A stretch of DNA of 63,082 nt, counting the filler, from Octopus bimaculoides (Eukaryota), in assembly GCF_001194135.2 (NCBI RefSeq). It is 3 parts of 3 records of this genome, joined end to end, with 100 filler letters (N's around TTAATTAATTAA, not from the genome) between each part and the next. Parts side by side here need not be neighbours in the genome. Positions count along the whole stretch, not along the records: positions 31,254 to 56,184 come from NC_068995.1; 2 more parts are not named here. One strand, given 5' to 3'. Below are positions 37,772 through 49,709 of this stretch, one piece after another (the first letter of the stretch is position 1; every line of letters starts with the position of its first letter). The position numbers and the translations under genes are program-made. The notes under the pieces were generated by a model. The model was not told the origin of the DNA and did not search any database. It worked only from the letters and a program-made list of their open reading frames with translations.

Positions 37772-39169
37772 CACAGGCATGCAGGAAGTAAATAGACACC
37801 TTTAATTTTCAAAATCTTTTATTTAATACGCAAAGCGAACAAATGATATGTAATCGATGGGTTGGACTACATACTTTAGTATTTAGTTGACATTCCCTTT
37901 GCAGATTTTAATTCAGAAACTCTTTTTGGCATTGAACTGATGAGCTTTATGATTGTCTCTTATGGAATTTCTGCCCATTTTTCACGCAACAATAGTAACA
38001 ATTTATCTTTAGATTTAGGTTTTTGTCGATTTTTTCGTATAACTCTATCTAGTATGCTCCAAAGATTTTCAGTTGGGTTCATGTCAGGAGATTGGCTCAG
38101 CCAAGTAAGCTTTTTGATCCCATTTTCAGTCAGCCATTGTTGATTCCTTTTCGCTGTGTGGCATGGAGCCCCATCTTTCATGAATAAAAACTCATTTTTC
38201 GTTGTTATCGTGTGAACACATCGGAAGTAGTCCTTGCTTAAGTATTTCGATGTATTTTTCAGAGTTTATGGTTCCAATACATTCGATCAACTCAGAACGA
38301 CCATTGCTGGTGACAGCTCCCCATACCATTACAGTGATACCGCCATGTTTCACAGTTGGCTGCAGTCGTTTCAAATCAAATTCTTGATTGGAAAGCCTCC
38401 AGATCCAAACGCGTCCACTGTCTGAAAATAATGCAAATCTGGATTTATCTGAGAAAATCGCTCTAATCCAAAATGAACTGAATTTTTCTAACATCTCCTT
38501 AGCCCATTTCTTTCTTTCATGATATTAATTGGTTGAAGGACANNNNNNNNNNNNNNNNNNNNNNNNNNNNNNNNNNNNNNNNNNNNNNNNNNNNNNNNNN
38601 NNNNNNNNNNNNNNNNNNNNNNNNNNNNNNNNNNNNNNNNNNNNNNNNNNNNNNNNNNNNNNNNNNNNNNNNNNNNNNNNNNNNNNNNNNNNNNNNNNNN
38701 NNNNNNNNNNNNNNNNNNNNNNNNNNNNNNNNNNNNNNNNNNNNNNNNNNNNNNNNNNNNNNNNNNNNNNNNNNNNNNNNNNNNNNNNNNNNNNNNNNNN
38801 NNNNNNNNNNNNNNNNNNNNNNNNNNNNNNNNNNNNNNNNNNNNNNNNNNNNNNNNNNNNNNNNNNNNNNNNNNNNNNNNNNNNNNNNNNNNNNNNNNNN
38901 NNNNNNNNNNNNNNNNNNNNNNNNNNNNNNNNNNNNNNNNNNNNNNNNNNNNNNNNNNNNNNNNNNNNNNNNNNNNNNNTGAAAATCTAACAGTTCTGCT
39001 GAATTTTTTGTGCGTGGCATAGTTACTCTTCGCAAATGTTTAATATAATGGCACCTGGAATGAAAAAGAATAATTATATTGTAAATTCTACACTACTGAA
39101 AACATATTAAGACGCTTAGATCAGAAATTTTGAAAATTAAAGGTGTCTATTTACTCCTGCATGTTTGTG
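37772..39169 (-). mobile_element. Tc1/mariner DNA transposon, DD34E, decayed
   Basis: About 44-bp TIRs (37772-37815 CACAGGCATGCAGGAAGTAAATAGACACCTTTAATTTTCAAAAT; 39127-39169), TA target duplications at 37770-37771 and 39170-39171; FSDKSRF...VMVWG and DGAPCH...SPDMNPTENLW with 34 residues between D and E; frameshift near 38190; interior partly gap. Confidence 0.95.
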
Positions 39170-39332
39170 TATATATGTGCGTGCGTGTGTGCGTGTGTGC
39201 ATGTGTGCGTGTGTGCAAGTGTGCGTGTGTGTGTGTAAGAAGAAAAAAAATGGAGATTGGGAAGTTAATAATTGTTTATTATTAACAGCAAAATAATACA
39301 GCTGTTTCAATTAACACTTAGTAAGTATTATA

Positions 39333-39776
39333 GGCGTAAGAGTGGCTGTGTGGTAAGTAGCTTGCTTACGAACCACATAGTTCCGGATTCAGTCCCACTG
39401 CGTGGCACCTTGGGCAAGTGTCTTCTACTGTAGCCTCGGGCCGACCAAAGCCATGTGAGTGGATTTGGTAGACGGAAACTGAAAAAAGCCAGTCGTATAT
39501 ATGTATATGTATATATGTATATGTATATATGTATATATGTATATGTATGTGTGTGTATATGTTTGTGTGTCTGTGTTTGTCCCCCCCCCCCATCGCTTGT
39601 CAACCAATGCTGGTGTGTCTACGTCCCCGTAACTTAGCGTTTCGGCAAAAAAGACCGATAGAATAAGTACAAGGCTTACAAAGAATAAGTCCTGGGGTCG
39701 ATTTGCTCGACTAAAAGTGGTACTCCAGCATGGCCACAGTCAAATGACTGAAACAAGTAAAAGAGTAAAAGAGTAA
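39333..39776 (+). mobile_element. Full-length SINE family A
   Basis: A box GAGTGGCTGTGTGG, B box GGATTCAGTCCC, central TA/TG microsatellite, tail AATGACTGAAACAAGTAAAAGAGTAAAAGAG. Confidence 0.93.
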
Positions 39777-40929
39777 ATATTAAATCTATATGACCTGAGC
39801 GTATCTTCAGAGAGAAAAAATACCCTTGCATGTTTTATATGTATTTATGGATTCATTATAGCAGACTGAATAATAATGTTTGTATTGTTACATGTTCGGG
39901 TGAGGGGTTTTCAAGTTGATTAGAGATGAGATAGAGTAGGTAAATGTAATTTGAACAATAAATGAATAAATTAAATAGAGATAATACGGGAAATTTAAAT
40001 ATAAATAAGGTAAGTTTATAGTTAATAAAAGAATGGAATGTTTGTTTATAAGGCATAAATAAAGTTAAGAAAATTTGTACATATATATGCACGTATGCAC
40101 GCATACATATACACACATACATATATGTATCCGTACGTCCATACATATACACAGAGACACAAGCATATACTCACACATATATATCTAGTTTTGCCTTGGA
40201 TGAAACCGGCGGCGGCCGTCGTCGTCGTCGCAATAGTAGTAGTAGTAGTAGTAGTACGATGATGATGATGACGATGACCTCAATGATAAGCAACAAAAAC
40301 CACTCAACCACCTCCACCACCTTTTTATCATCCTAATTCAATCCTTTGATTCAGATGTTGTAAAGCACAAACAGATGACATGATAGCTCATATGTAGGTA
40401 AGAATTCAGCAGTGATTTCGTTTCAGAGTGTCATAGGCTGTATAACCGAACCAGCTGTAAATTTAGATTATGACCCGGTTAATCCTTTGACCCACAACTA
40501 ACTCCTTATTCAAGCAATTGTACAAGTGGCATTTTTATATCTATACAGTTTTACCACATAATCGGTAGACTAAAGCAGAAACGCTTGTGATAACACGTTT
40601 TTGTGTCTTACTCTAACAATTATTGTTTTGCATTCTAACAATTTGTCTACCTGATACTATGATTCTCTCACATATTGCCAGAAAATTCTGACTACAGTTT
40701 ATTAATGTGACTTCGCTGTGAAATGGGTTGAAACGGAAAAGGAATAATCAATTGAAAGAGGATTGAGATGTACGTACATTATTACACAAATTAAACATGT
40801 CTGTCACTTTGTGAAAAAATCCACTTCTCTCCTGCCTGTCTCACTTTATTCCTTCGGCTTGTGACATATGCATGTGTTATCTTTCTCTTTTTAATTTTGA
40901 ATAAATTTTGACCGGCCTCCTGCTTGGTG

Positions 40930-41350
40930 GCAAGGTTGTGAAGGAAAGTATCTTGTTTTGTTCATTATCCTTTAAATCTTAAGAAGGTCTAGCAGATTTT
41001 TATAGTATCAGATATCGTGATCATTTGTAGTGTATGAATTAAGGATATGCGTTCTCCCCGCAAAGAACCCAAGTTCCGCCATACTTTGCTCCAGGAAGGA
41101 TGATATGTATCTTGTTATTCCAATAATAATAGACATAAACCTGTAAGTATATCTTGGGTACAGGATTTTCAAACTCCTGATCAATGGTCCATAGATGTCC
41201 TCTTTCTCTTGTATTTTCCAACCACATTGGTATCCAGAGGGCAGCTGGTTTCCATAACAGAACATATTTTTTCTTTGTGGTCTCACACAACAATATCTGG
41301 CCCAAGGAGAATTGATAAAATGAATAATGTCTTTATTATAAAGACAGCGT

Positions 41351-41355
<5 letters not shown>
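40930..41355 (-). mobile_element. RLE-type (R2 superfamily) LINE C-terminal fragment
   Basis: KIQEKEDIYGPLIRSLKILYPRYTYRFMSIIIG matches the EK...Y..L....IIG RLE tail; weak similarity may continue to about 42050 beyond the gap. Confidence 0.65.
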
Positions 41356-41399
<44 letters not shown>

Positions 41400-41498
41400 N
41401 NNNNNNNNNNNNNNNNNNNNNNNNNNNNNNNNNNNNNNNNNNNNNNNNNNNNNNNNNNNNNNNNNNNNNNNNNNNNNNNNNNNNNNNNNNNNNNNNNN

Positions 41499-41553
<55 letters not shown>

Positions 41554-42229
41554 AATTAAAGAGTAAATTTTTTCTACTATTATTTTGGAAACTGCTAACT
41601 TTTTGAAGATATAATCTTTATATGAAACATTTCAATAACACTTCCTGCACAATATTGTTATCATGCCAGGACTTCAGAACAGTTGTTTGATATGTCTGTG
41701 CAATATACTGCAAACTTTGCCAGAGAAGATATCTCTTAAAAGATGATGCAGACTGAAGAAAGATGAGGTGCCTGTTTGCTATGATTTTCTGTATCTTCTC
41801 CAGCTAAACCTCAGCTACTGCTGAAGTATGTCTTCAGTATAACAGAAAACATACTTTATCATGCACAACAAGACTAAAGAAACCACATGTAGATTTCATG
41901 TAAACTTCACCTCTGCCATGTACAATCAAACACTGATCTTCATTGAATCTTGAATCGTGTGGATTGCTAACGCATGTACGAACTGCAGCTGCAACCCTCA
42001 TTCGAGCGATTCTTTAGGCAATCAGCTACGACATTTAACAAAGTATGACCACAAAAAAGCTTGCATAAAATACAAAGATTAGACACTTGGTAATGTCTAA
42101 CTCGGGAGGAATAGTTTTCCTTGAATATAGAACTTTATGTTCACACCATCAAGGAATTAGAACATGAAGAAATGTTGGTATCATTGAAGGTTACGAGAAA
42201 CAATACCCTCAATGAAGGAAAAAAATTAG

Positions 42230-43555
42230 AAAAGAATATTACGGAAAAGTCAGAATGATGCTCTGATCTGAACTGAATGTTGCTAACAGATTTGAAGCAA
42301 TTAACACACCAGCAGCACTATTTGTAGCTTACAGCTTTAACAACATGAACTAGACTGAAAGATCTGAAGAAACTAGACGCCAAAACACGGAAAATGCTAA
42401 CAGTGGAGAAAATGTACCACCGAAATGCAAATACGATTGAATATATCTTACAAGTAGAGAGATAGCCGAGGTATTGACCAGTTAGAACTAACACACAAAA
42501 CCATACCATACGACTGGACAAATATCTTGAGAGAACAGAAAACTCCCTCCTACAAATAGCCAAAGATCGTGATGAAGAGAGGAAATTCTACTCCATAACA
42601 AACGACGCCAAAATGTATAACGAAAAACTGGAGACTTCAAAATTGCAACCTGAGACAATCACCAACTATGGTCAAAGAATAAAAAAGACAACCAAAAATC
42701 AAAGACAGAACAACTTAATGCAAAATGGGAGTAAAAAGTAATGCACAGAAAATACACAAACAGAATAACGGACGCTGCCGTAGACCATAACAGGAGACAG
42801 AAATGGTTCTGAGCAGCTGTAAACCAGAGACAGGACTCATCATCGTTGTACAAGACCAGAGCCTTTCAACAAAGTCTTACCAATAGAGAATATTTTTTTT
42901 AAATGGCAATGCAGAATATGTTGTAAGTTCGAAGAAACAATCGGCCATTTTGCCTCTGACTGCCCAGAATTGCTAAGGCAGAAAACATCTAACGCCACAA
43001 CATAATAGCAGCCAACATCCAGTGGAAAGCATACAAAGAATATAACATCAAGACCGTCGAGAAATGGTATGAACATCAACTGGAAACAGTCATGAAGGAT
43101 GAGAATGCCACCGTACTATGAACTATGCCTATTCGTAGAGATCAGAAAATAACAGCAAACCATCACGACATCATTTTCAAGGATGTGGCTGATAAGAAAT
43201 ACCTAATAATAAACATGGCAATACTATCGGAGGAAAATACATCGAGAAAAATCCCGGAAAAGATTACTGAGTACAAATACTTATATATAGAAATAAGCCA
43301 GATGTGGGCAATGAACGCTGAAGTAATACCTATTGTATTCGGTGCTGTAGGTCTCGTGAAAAAATGGACTCGACAAATTCACCGACAAACTGCCTGGCAA
43401 CATCAGTATCCATGGGCTCCAAAAGATCAGCATATTAGGAATAGCCCACATACTCAGAAAGTAAACAGTAACAGCACACTCTCTGACGCTCTTAGACCTT
43501 GGATCGGATCCCGGGTCTGTAAGGAAGAAACAGAAACTGGAATCGGTATATACTA
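42230..43555 (+). mobile_element. Decayed Dong/R4-type LINE (post-RT, CCHC finger, RLE)
   Basis: KLDAKTRKMLT, CRICCKFEETIGHFASDCP, MPIRRDQKITANHHDII...EKITEYKYLYIEISQMW...IPIVFGAVG; many stops. Confidence 0.85.
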
Positions 43556-44049
43556 GTAATACTAGTAAATACTAGTAATAGTACGAAATACAAAAGATGT
43601 AAACATCTATAATTAGTGACCATATTTAAGTATGAAATAATTTTTTTTTTTTTGTCATACTACTAATAATCATAAATTTTTATACGATATAATTTGATAT
43701 TTTTTAAATTCGACATTTCAGATACATGCACATTGCACAATACTGACCTCTACATCCTCAGGAGGTATGAGCATTGAGGTTCTTTTTGTAACTGGCACCA
43801 CCTGTAGTCCAGGAGGTTTGAGCAGTGACGCCTTTTGTTTTTAACTGGTACTACCTGTAGTCAGTGAGTTCCACTCCCTCCTTGAGTTTTCCTGTCCTGC
43901 TAAACAGCTTAAGATTTGTTTGTAATTGACTGTGTTGTATTGGGGATGCCCCCCCCCCCACCGACGAAGGCAGCGAAGTATCCTGCACTGGTAGTTGAAC
44001 ATTATGAGACTGAGTTGCTGTTGCTACTGCAGTCTAAGGAGGTGATGGT

Positions 44050-44400
44050 GATAGATAGATATATAGGCAACATTTCTTTTTGCAATTTCCATATTTTCAT
44101 CTGCTTTATCATATATCGTCGAAATAGAAAAGTTTTGCAGTGTTTTGTCTATGACGATATGAGAATTGTTTCAGATCTTTCACTATTTTCTCTATCCACT
44201 TCCTTCCTTCACTCAATCTAGTTCTCTAAGTCTCTGTTTCCGCCCCACCCTCTGTCTCTTCCCTTCCCTTTCCTCTCCCTCCCCTCCCTTCTGTATGTAT
44301 TTTTGCCTCTCACCCATCCTCTTGCGTTTAACGCGTTATTTCCCTCTGACTTTCCCTTCCCCCTCCCTCCTCTATGTCTGCTTGACTCTCACCCATGCGG
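44050..44400. repeat. About 350-bp repeat, copy 1 (copy 2 at about 47285-47640)
   Basis: Shared TTTTTGCAATTTCCATATTTTCA.CTGC.TTAT..ATATCGTC.AAA..GAAAAGT...GACGATATGAGAA..GTTTCA..TCTTTCACTATT...GCGTTTAACG; both copies preceded by GATA repeats. Confidence 0.8.
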
Positions 44401-44468
44401 TAATGAAAAGTAAAAGTAACACCCACAAGTATTTGCTGAGAGAGACAGAGTGAGAGACAGAGTGAGAG

Positions 44469-44504
<36 letters not shown>

Positions 44505-44747
44505 GGGGNNNNNNNNNNNNNNNNNNNNNNNNNNNNNNNNNNNNNNNNNNNNNNNNNNNNNNNNNNNNNNNNNNNNNNNNNNNNNNNNNNNNNNNNNNNN
44601 NNNNNNNNNNNNNNNNNNNNNNNNNNNNNNNNNNNNNNNNNNNNNNNNNNNNNNNNNNNNNNNNNNNNNNNNNNNNNNNNNNNNNNNNNNNATTTATATA
44701 GAGAGATAGATAGATAGACAGACAGACAGATAGACAGACAGACAGAC

Positions 44748-44778
<31 letters not shown>

Positions 44779-44779
<1 letters not shown>

Positions 44780-47251
44780 TTCTTTATTAGCCACACAGGG
44801 CTCAACATGGGACAAATACAATGTAGAGTTTTTCTTTTCGAGGGGACGAGAAAAAAAATAGGGATAACGATCAAAAGGTATCGAAAAACGTTTGGGGTAT
44901 GTAAAAAAAAAAAAAAAGAAATTCCCAAGAAATGGGGAGGTTATCCGTGGAAAGAAAAACCTACGAAAAGACCACAGTAACCTCGGGCATTAATGTCACT
45001 AATTGAAAAAATTTATTTACGAAATTAACGCAAATAACTCTCTGCTTAAAAAGAATAGGAACAAAGAGTTACTTACCGTTCGAAAGTTCAGTTGTTCTTT
45101 CCTTTGAATTTTCGTTAAGGAGGCTGCTGTAAAGTTTTTTGGCTAAATATTTTTGGCATCCCCCTACCGCATTGGATTAGAGGGATTTTAAAGTGTGTTG
45201 TAATGTTGGTGTGATGTGATATATTTTTATGTGATTAGGTGGCGTCGTGTATGGGTGGTTGTTTGTTTTGATGTTGTTTTTTGTTATGTTTGTTTTTGTA
45301 TTTATGTAGTTCATTAATTCTGCGTTTGTAGTGTCTATTGCTGTAAGCATGTTTTCTGTATGTGTTCTTGTGGTGTTGATGTTGTTTGTGGTATATTTGG
45401 AGACGATGGTTTCGGGAGATGTATATCTCCCTGCTTTGTTGGTGTTTGCATTTGGTTTGGCTCTTTTTATACACCTTTTCCTCCGTCCTTTTCTGGCTAT
45501 TTGCCACTCACTACTGTTACTTTCGTCCTCGGACGAGTCTTCTGAGGAATCGGAAGGGGGTAAGGGCATGTCGTGTGCTTGTGTGTTTGTTTGTTGAAGT
45601 GGGTGTGTTGTTGATGGTTGTTGATTATCTGCTTGTGGTGTATATGATGTGGGAGAAGGGGAATTAGTTTTTGTATTGTCTTTTGCTGTTGCTGTTTCCT
45701 TAGTTCTTGTAGTTGTTGTTTGTGTTTTTTTGGGTGCATTTGTTGGTGTAGGCGGGTTTGGTTTGTGGGATTCTTGTGTCTTGCTCCTTTTGCTCGTTCT
45801 TTGTGTTGGTGATGATGTGGGTAGTAGGGGTCCTATTTTGGCTGTTTTTCCTTCTTGTTGTTTTTTGTTATCTGTTGCTGTTGGGCAATCTTTTTTGAGG
45901 TGCCCTTCGATGCCACACAGGTAGCATCGAGGCCTTCTACCTTCTACCACAACGTAGAGGGTGTGGCCGTCTGGCAGCTCAATTTGAGTTGGAATTTCTT
46001 GCAATTCTTCATGTGTAATTTGTAATAGGACATCGAATTTTTTTCCATTCCAGTTTTCTTGCTTTAATGCAGTATTCTCCAGAACGTTTATATTTCCTTC
46101 CATGTGATAACGAATAGCTGATAACAGCCATTGTGGTTCCACTTCTGGAGGGACACTTTTTATCGATACTCTAGTTACCCTGTCCAAGGTACGTGGGGAC
46201 CAATATTATATTTTCGGAACGAAGAGTCAGCGTGGACAACTCTTTCGCTTTCTCTTCGCTGTCAAATCGAACTTGCACGGTGGCGAAACTGTTTCCCCAG
46301 TTTATGTAGTTCTTGTGGGCCAATATGGGATACAAACATTGTTCAATAATTTCTGTTGCTGGTTGCTCTAGTTTTCTTGTTTTTGTGTTCAAAATTTTGT
46401 ATATGATGGTTTGTTTTTGTACATCATGAATGATTTTTTCAGGTATTTTTAATTTTAGTTTTGGTCCTTGTTGGCTTAATAGTTTTTTGTTTCTTGAATT
46501 TCTTTTGTTGTGAAGTGCAAAATNNNNNNNNNNNNNNNNNNNNNNNNNNNNNNNNNNNNNNNNNNNNNNNNNNNNNNNNNNNNNNNNNNNNNNNNNNNNN
46601 NNNNNNNNNNNNNNNNNNNNNNNNNNNNNNNNNNNNNNNNNNNNNNNNNNNNNNNNNNNNNNNNNNNNNNNNNNNNNNNNNNNNNNNNNNNNNNNNNNNN
46701 NNNNNNNNNNNNNNNNNNNNNNNNNNNNNNNNNNNNNNNNNNNNNNNNNNNNNNNNNNNNNNNNNNNNNNNNNNNNNNNNNNNNNNNNNNNNNNNNNNNN
46801 NNNNNNNNNNNNNNNNNNNNNNNNNNNNNNNNNNNNNNNNNNNNNNNNNNNNNNNNNNNNNNNNNNNNNNNNNNNNNNNNNNNNNNNNNNNNNNNNNNNN
46901 NNNNNNNNNNNNNNNNNNNAACGTTCTTAGAAATTTCTTTTTGTGTGCGCGTGCAGTTTTCATTCTTTTTCTTCTCTAGCGTTCCAAGGCTAGGGAAGTG
47001 ATGTTCGAAGAACGGACTGGAACAGCGTTCCAAAACAATGTTTCTCGACATTTTTCCAAATGCCGAGAAAAAATTTATATTTTGACGGGGCTGGAACTGC
47101 CCCTAGGGGCCAATTCCTCCTTTCGAAAAATACACAAATGAAGCTTGGGTGCTTCGCACAGATTATATAAAAAAAAATTAAACAAATATGGGCAATAAAA
47201 GGTCAAATAAAGGTTTACCTCTGCAGCCGATGTGACAGCACGTCCGTCAGT
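44779..47251 (-). mobile_element. Tx1/L1-related retrotransposon carrying only ORF1
   Basis: ORF1-like frame 46392-45177, about 400-nt non-coding 3' region ending CCCTGTGTGGCTAATAAAGAAAT; (TATC)n on both sides; no APE/RT seen; part of the 5' region is a gap. Confidence 0.75.
45177..46392 (-). pseudogene. LINE ORF1 (Gag-like, CCHC zinc knuckle), one frameshift near 46187
   Basis: VQVRFDSEEKAKELST...LVPTYLG / RVTRVSIKSVPPEV...VVVEGRRPRCYLCGIEGHLKKDCP followed by a low-complexity T/K/P and acidic tail. Confidence 0.85.
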
Positions 47252-47780
47252 AGAGATAGATAGATAGGTAGATAGATAGATAGATAGATAGATAGGTAAC
47301 AATTGTTTTTGCAATTTCCATATTTTCAACTGCCTTATATATCGTCAAAAAGGAAAAGTAATCCAGCGTTTTCTCTGTGACGATATGAGAACGGTTTCAT
47401 TGTCTTTCACTATTATTCTGTATCCACTCCATTCACTCAATTTTATCTCTGTAACTCTCTCTTCCCCTCTTTCTCGCCCCTCCCTCCCCACTACCTCCTC
47501 TATATCTCTTTGACTCTTACCCATCTTCCTGCGTTTAACGAATTATATTTGTCTTATCTGTCAGCGCTATGACTCTCCTCTCTCTCACTCTATGTCTGTC
47601 CCTCGTCTTTGCCGCTTTGCCTCTCACTTCAACTATACTTCCTCTGCTTAAGAAGTTTTTATTTTTCTCATTTTATCTTTTCCTGTCAAATAAATGTGAC
47701 AAACACCACAGGTACGTACGTTGGTATTAGCATATTAACATATTAATATTCAGGATGATAATAATAATAATAATAATAAT

Positions 47781-48296
47781 ACTGGAAGCTATGCCAACAT
47801 TATGGAATAGCAACAGAAAAAAGATGGTATAAACACACGCCAGAAAAGGTCACAGAAAACGAGAAAGCAACCATACTCTGGGATATGCCAATACACACAG
47901 ATAGAGAAATTAAGGCAAATAGACCAGATATAGTTGTCAAAGATCATGAAGGAAAAAAATGCCTTCTAATTGATGTTTCAATACCAGCAGATGACAACGT
48001 TTCTCTAAAAGAAATGGAAAAACTTTCAAAATACAAAGACCTGGAAATAGAGATAACTCGAATGTGGAATCTAAAAACAGAAACAATTCCTATCATAGTA
48101 GGTGCCTTAGGTATANNNNNNNNNNNNNNNNNNNNNNNNNNNNNNNNNNNNNNNNNNNNNNNNNNNNNNNNNNNNNNNNNNNNNNNNNNNNNNNNNNNNN
48201 NNNNNNNNNNNNNNNNNNNNNNNNNNNNNNNNNNNNNNNNNNNNNNNNNNNNNNNNNNNNNNNNNNNNNNNNNNNNNNNNNNNNAAAATAAAACTA

Positions 48297-48300
<4 letters not shown>
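47781..48300 (+). mobile_element. 5'-truncated Dong/R4-type LINE between (AAT)n arrays
   Basis: LWDMPIHTDREIKANRPDIVVKD...IDVSIPADDN...EKLSKYKDLEIEITRMW (PD-(D/E)xK RLE); (AAT)n at 47758-47780 and 48301-48373. Confidence 0.92.
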
Positions 48301-48377
<77 letters not shown>

Positions 48378-48480
48378 AAGAAGAAGAAGAAGAAGAAGAA
48401 GAAGAAGAAGAAGAAGAAGAAGAAGAAGAAGAAGAAGAAGAAGAAGAAGAAGAAGAAGAAGAAGAAGAAGAAGAAGAAGA
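48301..48480. repeat. Compound (AAT)n-(AAG)n microsatellite
   Basis: AAT array to about 48373, then AAG array. Confidence 0.97.
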
Positions 48481-49650
48481 ATACCTGAAAAACTGGGTGT
48501 TAATACCTGAAATGACTGGATGTTAAAACTTGTCAAAGCACGAAAACTAAATTAGCAAAGCTAGACAGAAGAACTAGGAAGGAATTCAATATAAATGGAC
48601 GACTCCACCCAAGGGCAGGAGTAGGAAGATTATGCTTACCTAGAAAAGAAGGTGGAAGAGGGTTAATATCAGTAGAAGACAACGTGGAGTTAGCTAGAGT
48701 AGATATAGACTTCTATGTAGATGATAGTGAAGAAAGTTTATTAAAAGCTGTTAGAGCCACAGTAAGAAATAGGGGAAACCAAAACATCAAACGAACTTAA
48801 AAACCAGAAAAAAAGAACAGAAATTATTTGACTGGCAGGAGAAGGCTTTTTATGGTAGATTCCCGAACATAGTTTCAGCAAATAGTAGTAGCGAGACATG
48901 GTTATGGCTTCAAAAGGGAAAGCTGAAGAGGGAAACAGAATGTTTGTAAGTAGCTGCATAAGATCAAGCGTTAAGGAATAATTGGATAAAAGCCAAAATA
49001 GACAAAAACCAAGTAGATTCCCAATATAGATTATGCAAATCAAAAGAGGAAAGCGTTACTCATATAGTAAGTGAACGTAGCATGCTAGCACAGAAGCAAT
49101 ACAGGAAAAGACATGACAATATAGCGAGAGCAATCCACTGGGAACTTTGTAGATAGCTAGGATTTGAACATACTGATAAATGGTATGAACATGAACCTAG
49201 TAAAGTACTAGAAAGTAAGAAATACAAGATGTTGTGGGACTTTAACATTCAGACTGACAGAGTAATAGAAGCTAGAATGCTTGATTTGGTAGTAGTAGTA
49301 GATAAAGAGAATAGAAAGTGCCAGATAATTGACTTTACAGTTCCAAATCATGAAAAACTTAATATGAGAAGTGTAGAAAAAATAGCAAAGTACCAGGACC
49401 TAGCTAATGAATTACAGATACTATGGAACTTGCGGGTAAAATGTATCCCAGTAGGTATAGGTGCAGCGGGAACTATCCCTAAAGATCTGAACAGGTGAAT
49501 AGAGGAAGTTTAGAGCAGTTTAGTACAGCTGAAGAAAACAGTGTTATTAGGGACAACTAGGATACTTAGGAGGGTTCTTGGCATCTAAGGCTACTTGTGA
49601 CCTGATGTTAGGATTCCTTTCTTTTCCAACAGTCTAATCTGTTGAGTGTA
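48481..49650 (+). mobile_element. Dong/R4-type LINE 3' portion, another subfamily
   Basis: KLDRRTRKEFNINGRLHPRAGVGRLCLPRKEGGRGLISVED and LWDFNIQTDRVIEAR...EKIAKYQDL; ends at an AAT/AAC repeat. Confidence 0.9.
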
Positions 49651-49709
49651 TAATAATAACAACAGCAACAACAACAACAGCAATAATAATAATGATGATG
49701 ATGATGATG

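Noticed and set aside
26057-39400. tRNA-like A/B boxes
   Set aside because: They are SINE heads and do not form complete cloverleafs.
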